The notes beneath the pieces were generated by a model that was given only the letters and a program-made list of their open reading frames with translations, made no database searches and was not told the origin of the DNA. The translations under genes and the position numbers were made by a program. A stretch of 48,376 nt of DNA from an uncultured Clostridia bacterium (GTDB lineage: Bacteria > Bacillota > Clostridia > Oscillospirales > Oscillospiraceae), in the NCBI GenBank assembly GCA_937907975.1, contig CALEQS010000296.1, positions 1-48,376 on the forward strand, in the 5' to 3' direction. Each line of letters opens with the position of its first letter. Positions within the stretch are counted from its first letter, which is position 1. Of the stretch, positions 7,093 through 16,441 are shown piece by piece.

Positions 7093-7113
7093 CGTGATTT
7101 TTTTGCAGATTGC

Positions 7114-7149
7114 CAAAAGGGAGCGGATGCGCAGTGCACATCCACTCCC
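7114..7149 (-). terminator. Rho-independent terminator after the FliB-like gene
   Basis: On the minus-strand RNA, GGGAGUGGAUG pairs with CAUCCGCUCCC (11 bp, one G-U). It is followed by TTTTGG. Confidence 0.6.
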
Positions 7150-7158
7150 TTTCGAACT

Positions 7159-8088
7159 TTATAAATATTCCGCCAGCGCCTCCAGATTCTCCTCGGAGTA
7201 CTCCAGCTCCGCCGACCAGCGGCGCAGCCACTCCACCCGGTCAGCCAGTGTGAGCGTGCCCTTCTCCCGCAGCGTCATTCCCCGCAGTGCCCCCAGCAGC
7301 CGCAGCGTAAATGCGCCGAAATGGAGGGCGAAGCCCTCGTCCCAGCGTTCCAGCCCCCAGGACAGGAAGTAGCGAAAGAGCAGATAGACCATAATGTGCT
7401 CACCGTCACGCTCCATGTCCGCATCCCAGCTCTCCTGAGGATTCTCCCGGAGCCGTTCCAGCACCGTGCGCCACTCCGGCTCCAGGATTTCCAGCGATAA
7501 AAGGAACGCAATGTCCTCGCTCAGGCTGCGCTGCGGCGGATTTTCTCCGCACAGGGAAAACGCTTCACACATTCGTGTTTTCAACGCTTTGGTCCGATCC
7601 TGCAGCCGCAGAATCAACTGCGCACGCAGTTCCAGCAGGGCGTAGTAGTCCTCCCCGGGCTCCTCGTCCTCCGCGTCAAAGGGCAGGCGTAAAAAGCCCA
7701 GCGGCTCTGAATGCGTGAGCAGGAGCCGTCCCGCCTCCTCACAGCACAGCCCCAGTCCCTCCTCCACGCGGTCCGGGAACCAGCTGCGGAACCGGGGATG
7801 ATCTGCACAGATCTGGCACAGGCTGTTCTCCCCCAGCTCCAAAATCAGCTGGCAGAGATTTTCCCCCGTCAGAAAGGGACACCGCTCCCGGCTGTCCAGC
7901 CGGAAGTGCGGGCTGTCCGCCATGTCAATTTCCCGGTGCAGCTTATCTCCCAGCGCGCCGGTGATATTGGAATAGCGCTCCAGCGAGACCTCGTCCACAT
8001 CCACTTCCCATCCCACGCAGCAGCTGTGGCCGCATTTGGATGCGATGCAGGCAAATGCGGGGTAAAAATCAGGTACGACTCGGATCAT
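7159..8088 (-). CDS. Cys-cluster (CxxCxxCC, YkgJ/FliB-like) protein; flagellin lysine-N-methylase family resemblance (309 aa)
   Basis: ORF trimmed to ATG 8088, which overlaps the PHP stop as ATGA. The motifs are FACIASKCGHSCCVGWEVDVDEVSLERY...CPFL..ENLCQL...CQICADHPRF. No flagellar genes are in the window. Confidence 0.55.
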   Translation of the reverse strand: MIRVVPDFYPAFACIASKCGHSCCVGWEVDVDEVSLERYSNITGALGDKLHREIDMADSPHFRLDSRERCPFLTGENLCQLILELGENSLCQICADHPRFRSWFPDRVEEGLGLCCEEAGRLLLTHSEPLGFLRLPFDAEDEEPGEDYYALLELRAQLILRLQDRTKALKTRMCEAFSLCGENPPQRSLSEDIAFLLSLEILEPEWRTVLERLRENPQESWDADMERDGEHIMVYLLFRYFLSWGLERWDEGFALHFGAFTLRLLGALRGMTLREKGTLTLADRVEWLRRWSAELEYSEENLEALAEYL

Positions 8089-8942
8089 GCATTTCCCTCC
8101 GGCATATGGGCTTTCAGATCGGTCAGGCATTTCGAGGGCACAATAAGGGCTCCATGCCCCCGGCCCAGCTCAATGTCCAGCTTGTTGGCACCGTGAAAAT
8201 CACTGCCGCCGGTGGTAAAAAGCCCGAACTCCGCCGCCAGCACAGAAAGCCGGTCGATCTGCTCCGCCGTATAGCCTGTATAGTAAATTTCCATGCCGCT
8301 CATGCCCGCTTCCGCGGCATATCGGACGAGGTCATACAATTCCTCTTCGGAATAGCCATACTGGAGCGGATGGGCCAAAACCGCCGTTCCGCCGCAGTTG
8401 CGGATCACGTTTACAGCGTCTTTCATCGGAATATAGGTGCGCGGCAGGTAATATTGCTTTCCGGCCGACAAAAATCTGGCAAAGGCATCCGAAACCGATC
8501 CCGCGATTCCCTGCGCCACCAGCACCCGGGCAAAATGGGGCCGCCCGATGGTCGCGCCGGGGTTCTGAACTTCCAGCTCCTCCAGCGAGATGTCGATGCC
8601 GTCCCGGCGCATCCGCTCCACGATCTTTCCATTGCGGCGGCGGCGGTCTTCGATCACCCAGTCCAGCACCTCCCGCAGGGCCGGAGCGTCTTTGTCCATG
8701 CCATAGCCCAGTACATGGGTGTCCTCTCCCCGGTAATCGGTGGAGATCTCGATGCCAGGGATCACCTCCACCCCCAGCTCCTCGCCCGCCACCTGTGCCT
8801 CTGCCACGCCGTTCATCGTGTCGTGGTCGGTAATGGCCACTGTGCTCAGACCCAGCTCCCGGGCGTGCGCCATAAGCTCCGCAGGCGTCAGCGTGCCGTC
8901 GGACGCAGTGGTGTGGGTGTGAAGATCGATCTGGTTTGCCAT
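8085..8942 (-). CDS. PHP-domain phosphoesterase (TrpH/YciV-like, 285 aa)
   Basis: ORF trimmed to ATG 8942, preceded by AAGGAAG. It has the IDLHTHTTASDGTLTP...VAITDHDTMNG PHP motifs. Confidence 0.85.
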   Translation of the reverse strand: MANQIDLHTHTTASDGTLTPAELMAHARELGLSTVAITDHDTMNGVAEAQVAGEELGVEVIPGIEISTDYRGEDTHVLGYGMDKDAPALREVLDWVIEDRRRRNGKIVERMRRDGIDISLEELEVQNPGATIGRPHFARVLVAQGIAGSVSDAFARFLSAGKQYYLPRTYIPMKDAVNVIRNCGGTAVLAHPLQYGYSEEELYDLVRYAAEAGMSGMEIYYTGYTAEQIDRLSVLAAEFGLFTTGGSDFHGANKLDIELGRGHGALIVPSKCLTDLKAHMPEGNA

Positions 8943-8981
8943 TGTGCTCACTTCCTTGTCTCTATACTCCGATTATAACAT

Positions 8982-9016
8982 AAAAATTCTGCTCCGCCAA
9001 AGGGCGGAGCAGAATT
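8982..9016 (-). terminator. Rho-independent terminator after the SufB/D-like gene
   Basis: The 14-bp stem is AATTCTGCTCCGCC / GGCGGAGCAGAATT with a 4-nt loop. It is followed by TTTTT on the minus strand. Confidence 0.8.
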
Positions 9017-9031
9017 CAAATTGCCAAAATT

Positions 9032-9964
9032 TTATTTCAGGAACCCCTGCAGGATGCGCTCCTCAGCCTCCTCGGCGGTGAAGCCCAGCGTCTCCAGCTT
9101 CAGGATCTGGTCGCCGGCGATCTTGCCGATGGCGGCCTCATGGATCAGGCTGGCATCCACATGGTTGGCGGTAATGGCGGGAATGGACTGCACCCGGCCA
9201 TTGTCCATGATGATGGAATCGCACTGCACATGACCGAAGCAGAGGTTGTTGCCCTCCACATTGGGGTGGAACACCTGACGGGAGTTCTCCTTCGCCACAC
9301 TGCGGGAGATGACCCGGGCCTTGGTGTCATGGCCGTTGAGGATAATATCCACATCGGAGTTGGCCGTCTGGTCTCCATGGGTCATCAGCTTTTCGGTCAG
9401 CATGACCTCGCTGTGATCTCCCTCGGCCACAACCTTGGTGTAGCGCTTGGTGGAATCCACACCGCCGATCTGGCTGGTGTCCATGACCACAGTAGCGCCC
9501 TCCTGCAGATAGACGATGGTCTGAGGATTCAGAATGCGTCCGCCGGTGCCATCGCCCGCGCCATAGTGCACCTCCACATAAGACACCTTGGAACTCTTGC
9601 CCACATAGAAGGTGTGGATGCCATTGTGCTTGGAGTCCTCGCAACCGCAGTTATGGATGCCGCAGCCCGCAATGATGGTGACATCGCAGTTCTCACCGAT
9701 GAAAAAATCGTTGTAGACCAGATCCTCCAGGCCGCTCTTGGTCAGCACCACGGGGATAAACGCCTTCTCATTGACGGTGCCGTCGGCGACGCGGATGTCG
9801 ATGCCCGGCTTGTCCGTCTTAGGGGTGATCTTGATATGATCGGAGGACTTGCGCTCCTCGCCCTTGCCGTCCAGCCGGAAGTTATACGCCCCATCTGGGG
9901 TGCTTTTCAGGCCGGAGATCTTCTCCAGCATGGCAGAAACGGTCTCACTGTAATGCTCGCTCAT
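9032..9964 (-). CDS. SufB/SufD-family Fe-S assembly scaffold-like protein, short form (310 aa)
   Basis: RBS AGGAGGGG. The beta-helix-type SufBD core runs ...NPQTIVYLQEGATVVMD...HGDQTANSDVDIILNGHDTKARVISRSVA...IHEAAIGKIAGDQILKLETLG. It has the Cys motif GCGIHNCGCED. Confidence 0.75.
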   Translation of the reverse strand: MSEHYSETVSAMLEKISGLKSTPDGAYNFRLDGKGEERKSSDHIKITPKTDKPGIDIRVADGTVNEKAFIPVVLTKSGLEDLVYNDFFIGENCDVTIIAGCGIHNCGCEDSKHNGIHTFYVGKSSKVSYVEVHYGAGDGTGGRILNPQTIVYLQEGATVVMDTSQIGGVDSTKRYTKVVAEGDHSEVMLTEKLMTHGDQTANSDVDIILNGHDTKARVISRSVAKENSRQVFHPNVEGNNLCFGHVQCDSIIMDNGRVQSIPAITANHVDASLIHEAAIGKIAGDQILKLETLGFTAEEAEERILQGFLK

Positions 9965-9978
9965 AAAACGCCCCTCCT

Positions 9979-10701
9979 TTACAGACAGTCGGCGCAGCCG
10001 CCGCTCTGACCGGCGCTCTCGATCTGCTCCAGCAGTTCGGACGCCGGGCCGTGGCCGGTGACCCGGCCGCCGGAGATCAGCACAACTTCGTCAGCCAGAC
10101 GAATGATCCGCTCCTGATGGGAAATGATGATCATAGAGGCGGTACCCCGGCGGTGGATCTGCTGGAAGGTCTCGGTCAGGCGGCCGAAGCTCCACAGGTC
10201 GATGCCGGCCTCCGGCTCGTCGAAGATCATCAGCTCCGCATTGCGGGCCAGAATGGTGGCGATTTCAATGCGCTTAAGCTCACCGCCGGAGAGGCTGGCA
10301 TCCACATCCCGGTCGATATACTCCTGACTGCACAGGCCCACCTGGGCCAGATAGTGGCAGGCGTCCTCCCGGCTGATCTGCTTCCCGGCGGCGCACTCCA
10401 GCAGATCAGACACCTTCATTCCCTTGAAGCGGGGCGGCTGCTGAAAGCCGTAGCTTATGCCCCTGCGGGCCCGCTCAGTGACGTTCAGGCCGTCGATGCG
10501 CTCGCCATCCAGCCAGATCTCGCCGGAGGTGGCGGGCTCGATGCCCATGATGACCCGGGCCAGCGTGGACTTGCCGCTGCCGTTGGGGCCGGTGATGACT
10601 ACCAGCTTGCCGTCCGGCACGGTGAGATCAATGTGATTTAAAATGTCGATCCGTTTTCCGTCCCCGGGGACAGAAAAACACAGGTCGCGAAGTTCCAGCA
10701 T
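9979..10701 (-). CDS. SufC-like ABC ATPase (about 240 aa)
   Basis: Walker A is GPNGSGKST, the signature is LSGGELKR, and Walker B is MIFDEPEAGID. The start is either ATG 10701 (MLELRDL...) or GTG 10710. The C-terminus ends SGGCADCL. Confidence 0.8.
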   Translation of the reverse strand: MLELRDLCFSVPGDGKRIDILNHIDLTVPDGKLVVITGPNGSGKSTLARVIMGIEPATSGEIWLDGERIDGLNVTERARRGISYGFQQPPRFKGMKVSDLLECAAGKQISREDACHYLAQVGLCSQEYIDRDVDASLSGGELKRIEIATILARNAELMIFDEPEAGIDLWSFGRLTETFQQIHRRGTASMIIISHQERIIRLADEVVLISGGRVTGHGPASELLEQIESAGQSGGCADCL

Positions 10702-10814
10702 AAATTTCACTGCCTTTTATCCTTGAAATAGGCCGCTCTCTGTCGGCGTGTTTTTCTATTATATCCAGATTTTCCAATGGGCGCAAGCTAATTCCCTAAA
10801 ATCACCCGGAAATA

Positions 10815-10863
10815 AGGAAAATAAAATCTGCCCGGAGCTTCTTACAAAGCTCCGGGCAGATTT
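10815..10863 (-). terminator. Rho-independent terminator after argF
   Basis: The 17-bp stem is AAATCTGCCCGGAGCTT / AAGCTCCGGGCAGATTT. It is followed by TTTTATTTT on the minus strand. Confidence 0.85.
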
Positions 10864-10879
10864 CAGGCTGTTTCAATTA

Positions 10880-11863
10880 TCACAGAGTTGCGGCCATGAC
10901 CGCCTTGATGGTGTGCATCCGGTTCTCCGCCTCGTCAAAGACGATGGAGCACTCGGACTCGAACACCTCGTCGGTGACCTCCATCTCGGCCCGGCCGAAC
11001 CGCTCGCCCATCTCCCTGCCGACAGTGGTCTTGTGATCGTGGAAGGCGGGCAGGCAGTGCATGAACACGCAGTTGTCCGCGCCGTTGTCCATGGTGGCCT
11101 TGTTCACCTGATAGGGAGCCAGATCGTGGATGCGCTCCTCCCAGACCTCCACAGGCTCACCCATGGACACCCACACGTCGGTGTAAATGACATTGGCGCC
11201 CTTGGTGCCCTCGGCCGGGTCATCAGTAAAGCGGATAGTGGCTCCGGTCTCGGCGGCGATGGCCTGGCACTGCGCCACCAGCGCGGCGTCCGGCTGATAC
11301 TTCTCCGGGCAGCAGCCGGTGAAGTTCATGCCCATCTTGGCACAGCCGATCATCAGAGAGTTGCCCATGTTGTAGCGGGCGTCGCCCATATAGGTAAAGT
11401 TGATGCCCTTCAGGGTGCCGAACTTCTCCCGAATGGTCAGGAAATCCGCCAGGATCTGCGTGGGGTGGAACTCATTGGTCAGGCCGTTCCAGACCGGAAC
11501 ACCGGCATACTGAGCCAGCTCCTCCACGATCTCCTGACCGTAGCCACGGTATTCGATGCCGTCAAACATACGCCCCAGCACCCGGGCGGTGTCGGCGATG
11601 GACTCCTTCTTGCCGATCTGGGAACCGGATGAATCCAGATAGGTCACCTGCATACCCAGATCATGGGCAGCCACCTCAAATGCGCAGCGGGTGCGGGTGG
11701 AAGTCTTTTCAAAGATGAGGGCAATGTTTTTGCCCCGCAGCATATCGTGGGCCACACCGGCCTTCTTCTTGGCTTTCAGCTCGGCAGCCAGATCCAGCAG
11801 ATAGCCGATCTCATCCGGGGTATAGTCCAGCAGCTTCAGGAAGTTTCTTCCTTTTAAATTCAT
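10880..11863 (-). CDS. argF: Ornithine carbamoyltransferase (327 aa)
   Basis: ORF trimmed to ATG 11863, preceded by GGAGGAAAA. It has the motifs STRTR, HPTQ, DVWVSMG and HCLP. Confidence 0.9.
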   Translation of the reverse strand: MNLKGRNFLKLLDYTPDEIGYLLDLAAELKAKKKAGVAHDMLRGKNIALIFEKTSTRTRCAFEVAAHDLGMQVTYLDSSGSQIGKKESIADTARVLGRMFDGIEYRGYGQEIVEELAQYAGVPVWNGLTNEFHPTQILADFLTIREKFGTLKGINFTYMGDARYNMGNSLMIGCAKMGMNFTGCCPEKYQPDAALVAQCQAIAAETGATIRFTDDPAEGTKGANVIYTDVWVSMGEPVEVWEERIHDLAPYQVNKATMDNGADNCVFMHCLPAFHDHKTTVGREMGERFGRAEMEVTDEVFESECSIVFDEAENRMHTIKAVMAATL

Positions 11864-11917
11864 TGCGTTTTCCTCCATTCAAACGGTGCGGCGTGACCAC
11901 CGCGCCGGTCAGGCTCT

Positions 11918-11931
11918 TATGCTTTAGCATA
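11918..11931 (-). promoter_or_regulatory. Near-palindrome TATGCTTTAGCATA overlapping a candidate argF -10 (possible ArgR-type site)
   Basis: The minus strand reads TTGCGA-N17-TATGCT, with the palindrome TATGCTAAAGCATA starting at the -10. The resemblance to ARG boxes is loose. Confidence 0.25.
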
Positions 11932-11963
11932 TCACACCGGCAAAGAAATCGCAATATGAGGAT

Positions 11964-11992
11964 TTGACTTTTCTGCTTTGACCGGGTAAAAT
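11964..11992 (+). promoter_or_regulatory. Candidate sigma-70-type promoter for the HAD hydrolase gene
   Basis: TTGACT (11964-11969), a 17-nt spacer, then TAAAAT (11987-11992). Confidence 0.5.
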
Positions 11993-12042
11993 CAACCCAT
12001 CAACAAAGAACTGCACGCGCCGCTTCTGCGGCAGGGAGAAAC

Positions 12043-12753
12043 ATGATGCTGCAAGCTATTTTATTCGATCTGGACGGCACGCTGCTGCCCATGGACAACG
12101 ACTATTTTACCAAGGTCTACTTCCAGCACCTCGCCGTCACCGCCGCCCAGTGGGGCTATACGGACACCAAGTTGCTGGTCAAGGCGGTCTGGGCCGGTGT
12201 GGAGTCCATGGTGAAGAATGACGGCAGACGCACCAATTACAACGCCTTCTGGCAGACCTTCGGGGCGGTCATGGGGCCGGACAGCCTGAAGGATATTCCG
12301 AAGTTTTCCTCATTTTATGAGAACGACTTCCACAATGCCCGCTCTGCCACTTTCCCAGCCCCGCTGGCCCGAAAGGCCGTGGAGCTGGCCCACGAAAAAG
12401 CGGAAAAAGTCATTCTGGCCACCAACCCCATCTTCCCCGCCAACGGCGACGCCACCCGGTTGAGCTGGATCGGTCTGAAGATGGAGGACTTCGACCTGGT
12501 CACCGACTATCAGAACTCCTGCCACTGCAAACCGAATCCGGCCTATTATCAGGACATTCTCGCCCAGTTTGACCTTGACGCGTCAAAATGCCTGATGGTG
12601 GGCAACGATGTGCAGGAGGATGTGGAGGCCGCCAGCGCCGTCGGAATGCCGGTCTACCTGCTCAACGACCACACCATTCACCGGACAGATGCCCCCATCA
12701 CCTGCCCCCAGGGCAGCTACGAAGAGCTCATTCAGTATCTTGAACAGCTGTGA
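12043..12753 (+). CDS. HAD-superfamily hydrolase (236 aa)
   Basis: Motif I is FDLDGTLL and the later motif is VGNDVQEDV. The RBS is GGGAG. Confidence 0.8.
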   Translation: MMLQAILFDLDGTLLPMDNDYFTKVYFQHLAVTAAQWGYTDTKLLVKAVWAGVESMVKNDGRRTNYNAFWQTFGAVMGPDSLKDIPKFSSFYENDFHNARSATFPAPLARKAVELAHEKAEKVILATNPIFPANGDATRLSWIGLKMEDFDLVTDYQNSCHCKPNPAYYQDILAQFDLDASKCLMVGNDVQEDVEAASAVGMPVYLLNDHTIHRTDAPITCPQGSYEELIQYLEQL

Positions 12754-12754
12754 A

Positions 12755-12783
12755 AAAGAGACGCCTGACGGCGTCTCTTTTTT
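12755..12783. terminator. Bidirectional terminator shared by the HAD (+) and aroK-fusion (-) genes
   Basis: The stem is AAAGAGACGCC / GGCGTCTCTTT with loop TGAC, flanked by an A-run and a T-run. The minus-strand gene stop (12782-12784) abuts it. Confidence 0.8.
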
Positions 12784-13507
12784 AATCTCTTGCGGCCTCC
12801 TGAATAGCCCGGGCGGTCTGCTCAATGGTGCAGTTCTCCGCGTCTACGGTGATGTCCGCTGCCTGCTCATAGATGGGCGTGCGGTAATCGTAGAGATCCT
12901 TCAGCGTCTGGCCGGGGGCCAGGGTGATGCCCCGGGTGGCCAGATTGGGAATGCGCCGGGCGATCTCCTCATAGGGATGGCGCAGATAGACGATCTTGCC
13001 CAGCTCCCGCAGCCGCTTCAGGCCCCGGGGATTGAGCACGGCGGAGCCGCCGGTGGCGATGACGGTGTTGGTGCAGTCCAGACTCTCCACCGCGTCGGCC
13101 TCCCGCTCCAGAAAGCCCTCATTGCCCTCGGCCGCAATGATCTCCTGCAACCGCTTGCCATTCTGCTTCTGGATGACCAGATCTACATCGACAAAGTCCC
13201 AGCCCAGGATCTTGGCCAGCACCACGCCCACGGTGCTCTTGCCGCAGCCCGGCATACCGACGAGCACCAGATTCTTTCCCCGGACCGGCTCAAAGCGGTA
13301 GGTCTGCTCTGCGTCCGGGTACTTCTCCCGGTCCACCTCGCTCATGAACATATCGTAGGGGCGAGCGTAGACCTCCCCCTTGCCGTAGAGCTGCTGGTAA
13401 ATGACCAGTGTCTCCCCTGTCTCGCTGTGAATGGCGGTGCCCAGCACCTTATAGAGTTTATTTTTAAAGTGACGATAGGTGGCTCCCACCTTGAGTTCGC
13501 GCGTCAT
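12782..13507 (-). CDS. aroK: DUF1653-shikimate kinase fusion protein (241 aa)
   Basis: ORF trimmed to ATG 13507, preceded by GGGAGGAA. The N-terminal part is [36 protein letters not shown] (DUF1653-like). It is followed by [14 protein letters not shown]...DVD...ATGGSAV (shikimate kinase). Confidence 0.75.
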   Translation of the reverse strand: MTRELKVGATYRHFKNKLYKVLGTAIHSETGETLVIYQQLYGKGEVYARPYDMFMSEVDREKYPDAEQTYRFEPVRGKNLVLVGMPGCGKSTVGVVLAKILGWDFVDVDLVIQKQNGKRLQEIIAAEGNEGFLEREADAVESLDCTNTVIATGGSAVLNPRGLKRLRELGKIVYLRHPYEEIARRIPNLATRGITLAPGQTLKDLYDYRTPIYEQAADITVDAENCTIEQTARAIQEAARD

Positions 13508-13696
13508 TGAAATTCCTCCCGGAGCATTCAAATTGTTACTACGATAGCACAGCCACCGAAAAATTACAAGAGCGCCGCCCCTTTCCTGTTTAAATCCCAC
13601 CTTTACAATCGGTTATTGGGCAGGTATAATCAAACTGACCTTAATCTTTTTTTCAAGACTTACAGGCCAGTTTATGGCCAGACTGGGGATAACGCT

Positions 13697-15118
13697 ATGC
13701 TGACTTACGATCTCGACCGCACCGGCGGGTGCAGTCTCTATGAATCGCTCTACCGCCGCATCCGGGAGGACATCCTCGCCGGCCGTCTGGCCGCCGGTGA
13801 AAAGCTGCCCAGCAAACGGCTGCTGGCCAAGCACCTGAGCGTCAGCGTCATTACTGTGGAAAACGCCTATGCCCAGCTGGCGGCGGAAGGCTACATCTAC
13901 TCTCTGCCCAAGCGGGGCTTTTTCGTGGAAAAGCTGGCCCCGGAGGACTTTCCTCAGCAGCATCCGGCCCCTCGTCCCGCCCCGGCGCCAAGCGCGCCGA
14001 AGCCGGCGGAGCAGACCGGCTGGTTTGCAGATCTGGTGACCAACCACATCCCGGCAGAGAACTTCCCCTTCTCCACCTGGGCCAAGCTGATGCGCAATGT
14101 GCTCAGCCTTGAGGAGGACGAGCTGATGCGCTCTCCTTCGGCCCAGGGCCGCCGGGAGCTGCAGGAGGCCATTGCCGAACATCTCTACCACTTCCGGGGG
14201 ATGTCGGTGGAGCCGGAGCAGATCGTCATCGGCGCGGGCACCGAATACCTTTACGGCCTACTGGTGCAGTTCCTGGGCCGGGACAAGCTCTACGGTGTGG
14301 AAGAACCGGGCTATCAGAAGCCGGGGCAGATCTATGAGAGCTGCGGAGCCCGCAGTGTGGCCATCCCCATGGACGATGCCGGCGTGCAGACTGACGCACT
14401 GGAGACCGAGGGAGTGGACGTGCTCCACATCTCCCCCTCTCATCATTTTCCCACCGGCATTGTCATGCCGGTCAGCCGCCGCTATGAGCTGCTGGGCTGG
14501 TGCGCCCGGGAGGAGGGGCGCTATATTCTGGAGGACGACTACGATTGTGAGTTCCGCACCAGCGGCAGACCGATCCCCACGCTCCAGAGCATCGACGCCT
14601 CTGACCGTGTCATTTATATCAATACCTTCTCCAAAACGCTGGCCTCCACCATCCGTATCAGCTATATGGTGCTGCCCCGTTCTCTGGTGGGACCGTTCCA
14701 CGAAAAGCTGGGCTTTTACGCCTGCACCGTGTCCAGCTTTGAGCAGCTGGTGCTGGCCCAGTTCATCCGGGAGGGATACTTTGAAAAACACCTGAATCGT
14801 ATGCGCAATCATTACAAGGCCCAGAAGGCCAGCATCCTCCAGCAGCTGCGGGAGAGCTCCATCGCGCCAAAGCTCTCCGTGCGCATGGAGAACGAGGGCC
14901 TGCACTTTCTGCTGGAGGTGCACGCCGATCTGGAGGACCATCAGCTCATCGAGGCCGCCCAGCGCCGGGGTGTGCGCATCAGCTGCCTGAGCCAGTATTA
15001 CCGTGGCGCCCCCACCCGGGATCACGTCATCGTGCTCAACTATGCCGGTCTGCCCTCCGACCGCACCGGGGAGGCCATTTCCCGGCTGATCGAGAGCATC
15101 GCAGATGTGATCGTCTGA
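13697..15118 (+). CDS. MocR/PdxR-type regulator (GntR HTH fused to a class I aminotransferase-like domain, 473 aa)
   Basis: ORF trimmed to ATG 13697. The HTH region is LYRRIREDILAGRL..GEKLPSKRLLAKHLSVSVITVENAYAQL. A Pro-rich linker follows, then the aminotransferase fold with NTFSKTLASTIRISYMV. Confidence 0.85.
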   Translation: MLTYDLDRTGGCSLYESLYRRIREDILAGRLAAGEKLPSKRLLAKHLSVSVITVENAYAQLAAEGYIYSLPKRGFFVEKLAPEDFPQQHPAPRPAPAPSAPKPAEQTGWFADLVTNHIPAENFPFSTWAKLMRNVLSLEEDELMRSPSAQGRRELQEAIAEHLYHFRGMSVEPEQIVIGAGTEYLYGLLVQFLGRDKLYGVEEPGYQKPGQIYESCGARSVAIPMDDAGVQTDALETEGVDVLHISPSHHFPTGIVMPVSRRYELLGWCAREEGRYILEDDYDCEFRTSGRPIPTLQSIDASDRVIYINTFSKTLASTIRISYMVLPRSLVGPFHEKLGFYACTVSSFEQLVLAQFIREGYFEKHLNRMRNHYKAQKASILQQLRESSIAPKLSVRMENEGLHFLLEVHADLEDHQLIEAAQRRGVRISCLSQYYRGAPTRDHVIVLNYAGLPSDRTGEAISRLIESIADVIV

Positions 15119-15130
15119 TTTTATATATGA

Positions 15131-15176
15131 ATACCCTCCAGTCTGAAGCATACTTTCAGACTGGAGGGTATTTTTA
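15131..15176. terminator. Bidirectional terminator between mocR (+) and the lysR pseudogene (-)
   Basis: The 17-bp stem is ATACCCTCCAGTCTGAA / TTCAGACTGGAGGGTAT. It is followed by TTTTTAT. Confidence 0.85.
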
Positions 15177-15183
15177 TCCAATA

Positions 15184-16103
15184 TCAGAATTCCGGCGGCA
15201 TGGGCGGGCCGCTCTCCACATCGCGGATACAGTCGTAAAACTGCTCAATCAGCGGATTGCTGTTATCCGCCATCCAGAAAATGCCCTTATTGATCTTTGG
15301 CAGGCCGTCATAGGGCAGCAGCATGATGGACTGATCCACCGCCAGGGAATGGCTCTCATTGACGGCGGTCGCCACAAGGCCGGCCGACACCATGGGCGCA
15401 ATGGAGGACAAGTCGTACTCCTGCTCCATGCAGCTCAGGGGCAGGTTATAGAGATTTCGCTGCAGTGCCTCCTGATTATTCCGCGGAAAGCAATCCAGCC
15501 GCGGGTGCAGCACGGGCACCTGCTCCGCGGCCCGGAAGATCATCTCCTCGTCCCCTTTGTCCGCGACACGCTGCATCAGGTCCCGGCGGGCGGCAAAGCA
15601 CATGGATTCCTGTGCATAAATGAACTTCTCGCATCCGTTGAACATATCCGGCGTGGACTCAATGCTGATGGCAATGTCGATCACGCCGCTTTTCAGGGAG
15701 CTGAGCATCTCCATAAAATTGAGACGCAGCAGGCTGATGTTTACGTTGTGGCTCTGCCGGAACCACTGGCGCGCCCGGCTGATGCGGGCATCCATGGACT
15801 GATCCACCAGCAGGCCAAAGGTCAGCGACCCGCTCTGACCGGCTCCGATCTCATGCACCTGATTGAGCAGGGCGTCCAGATGCTCCAGGATCGGCAGCAG
15901 GTGCCGCGCCAGAGATGCTGCCCCGCACTGGTAAGCTGGATCGTATTGCGGGTACGGTCGAACAGTTCCGCTCCAAGCTCATTCTCCAGCACGGCCATCT
16001 GACGGCTGACTGCCGGCTGAGAGATATACTGCTGCTTCGCGGCCACAGTAAAACTTTTACTCTACGCAACGATCATAAAGGTTCTCAATTGGGCTGTGGT
16101 CAA
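15184..16103 (-). pseudogene. LysR-family regulator, disrupted (in-frame TAG plus a 1-nt frameshift)
   Basis: The hand-translated minus strand reads (TTG 16103) TTAQLRTFMIVA*SKSFTVAAKQQYISQPAVSRQMAVLENELGAELFDRTRNTIQLTSAG. The TAG corresponds to forward CTA at 16062-16064. The frame then switches near the GGGG run (forward 15921-15924) to ...ASLARHLLPILEHLDALLNQVHEIGAGQSGSLTFG... (ORF 15184..15858). The total is 920 nt, one short of a multiple of 3. Confidence 0.8.
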
Positions 16104-16141
16104 GGGAAACTCGCATCCTTTTCTCTCTATGTTATGGGCTC

Positions 16142-16441
16142 ATGCGCTTTTGTAAGGTATTTGCCATCATCGGCAACCCGTGCGGCATCGGCATCTGCAC
16201 CCTCATCAGCTATCGCGGCTTTATCCAGATGGGCAAATTCACTGCTCGTCACAAGATGAGCTCCGTGTCCGGTGTGGGTTTCCCCCGGTGGCCCTTTGCC
16301 CTGATCATGTCCGTCGGCTTTATTCTGCTGGCGCTGTCTTTCCTCTGGGCGATCGTCCGGGATCTGGCCGGTTATCAGCCCCCCGCACCCGCTGACCCCA
16401 TGGCCGACCAGGCCGACACTACGGAAGGAGGCGAAGCCTGA
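16142..16441 (+). pseudogene. dctQ: TRAP small permease (DctQ-type) remnant
   Basis: Only the C-terminal part (...SGVGFPRWPFALIMSVGFILLALSFLWAIV...) looks DctQ-like. Only 338 bp separate the lysR start from the dctM start. That is too little for a full DctQ of roughly 150-190 aa plus a divergent promoter. Confidence 0.5.
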
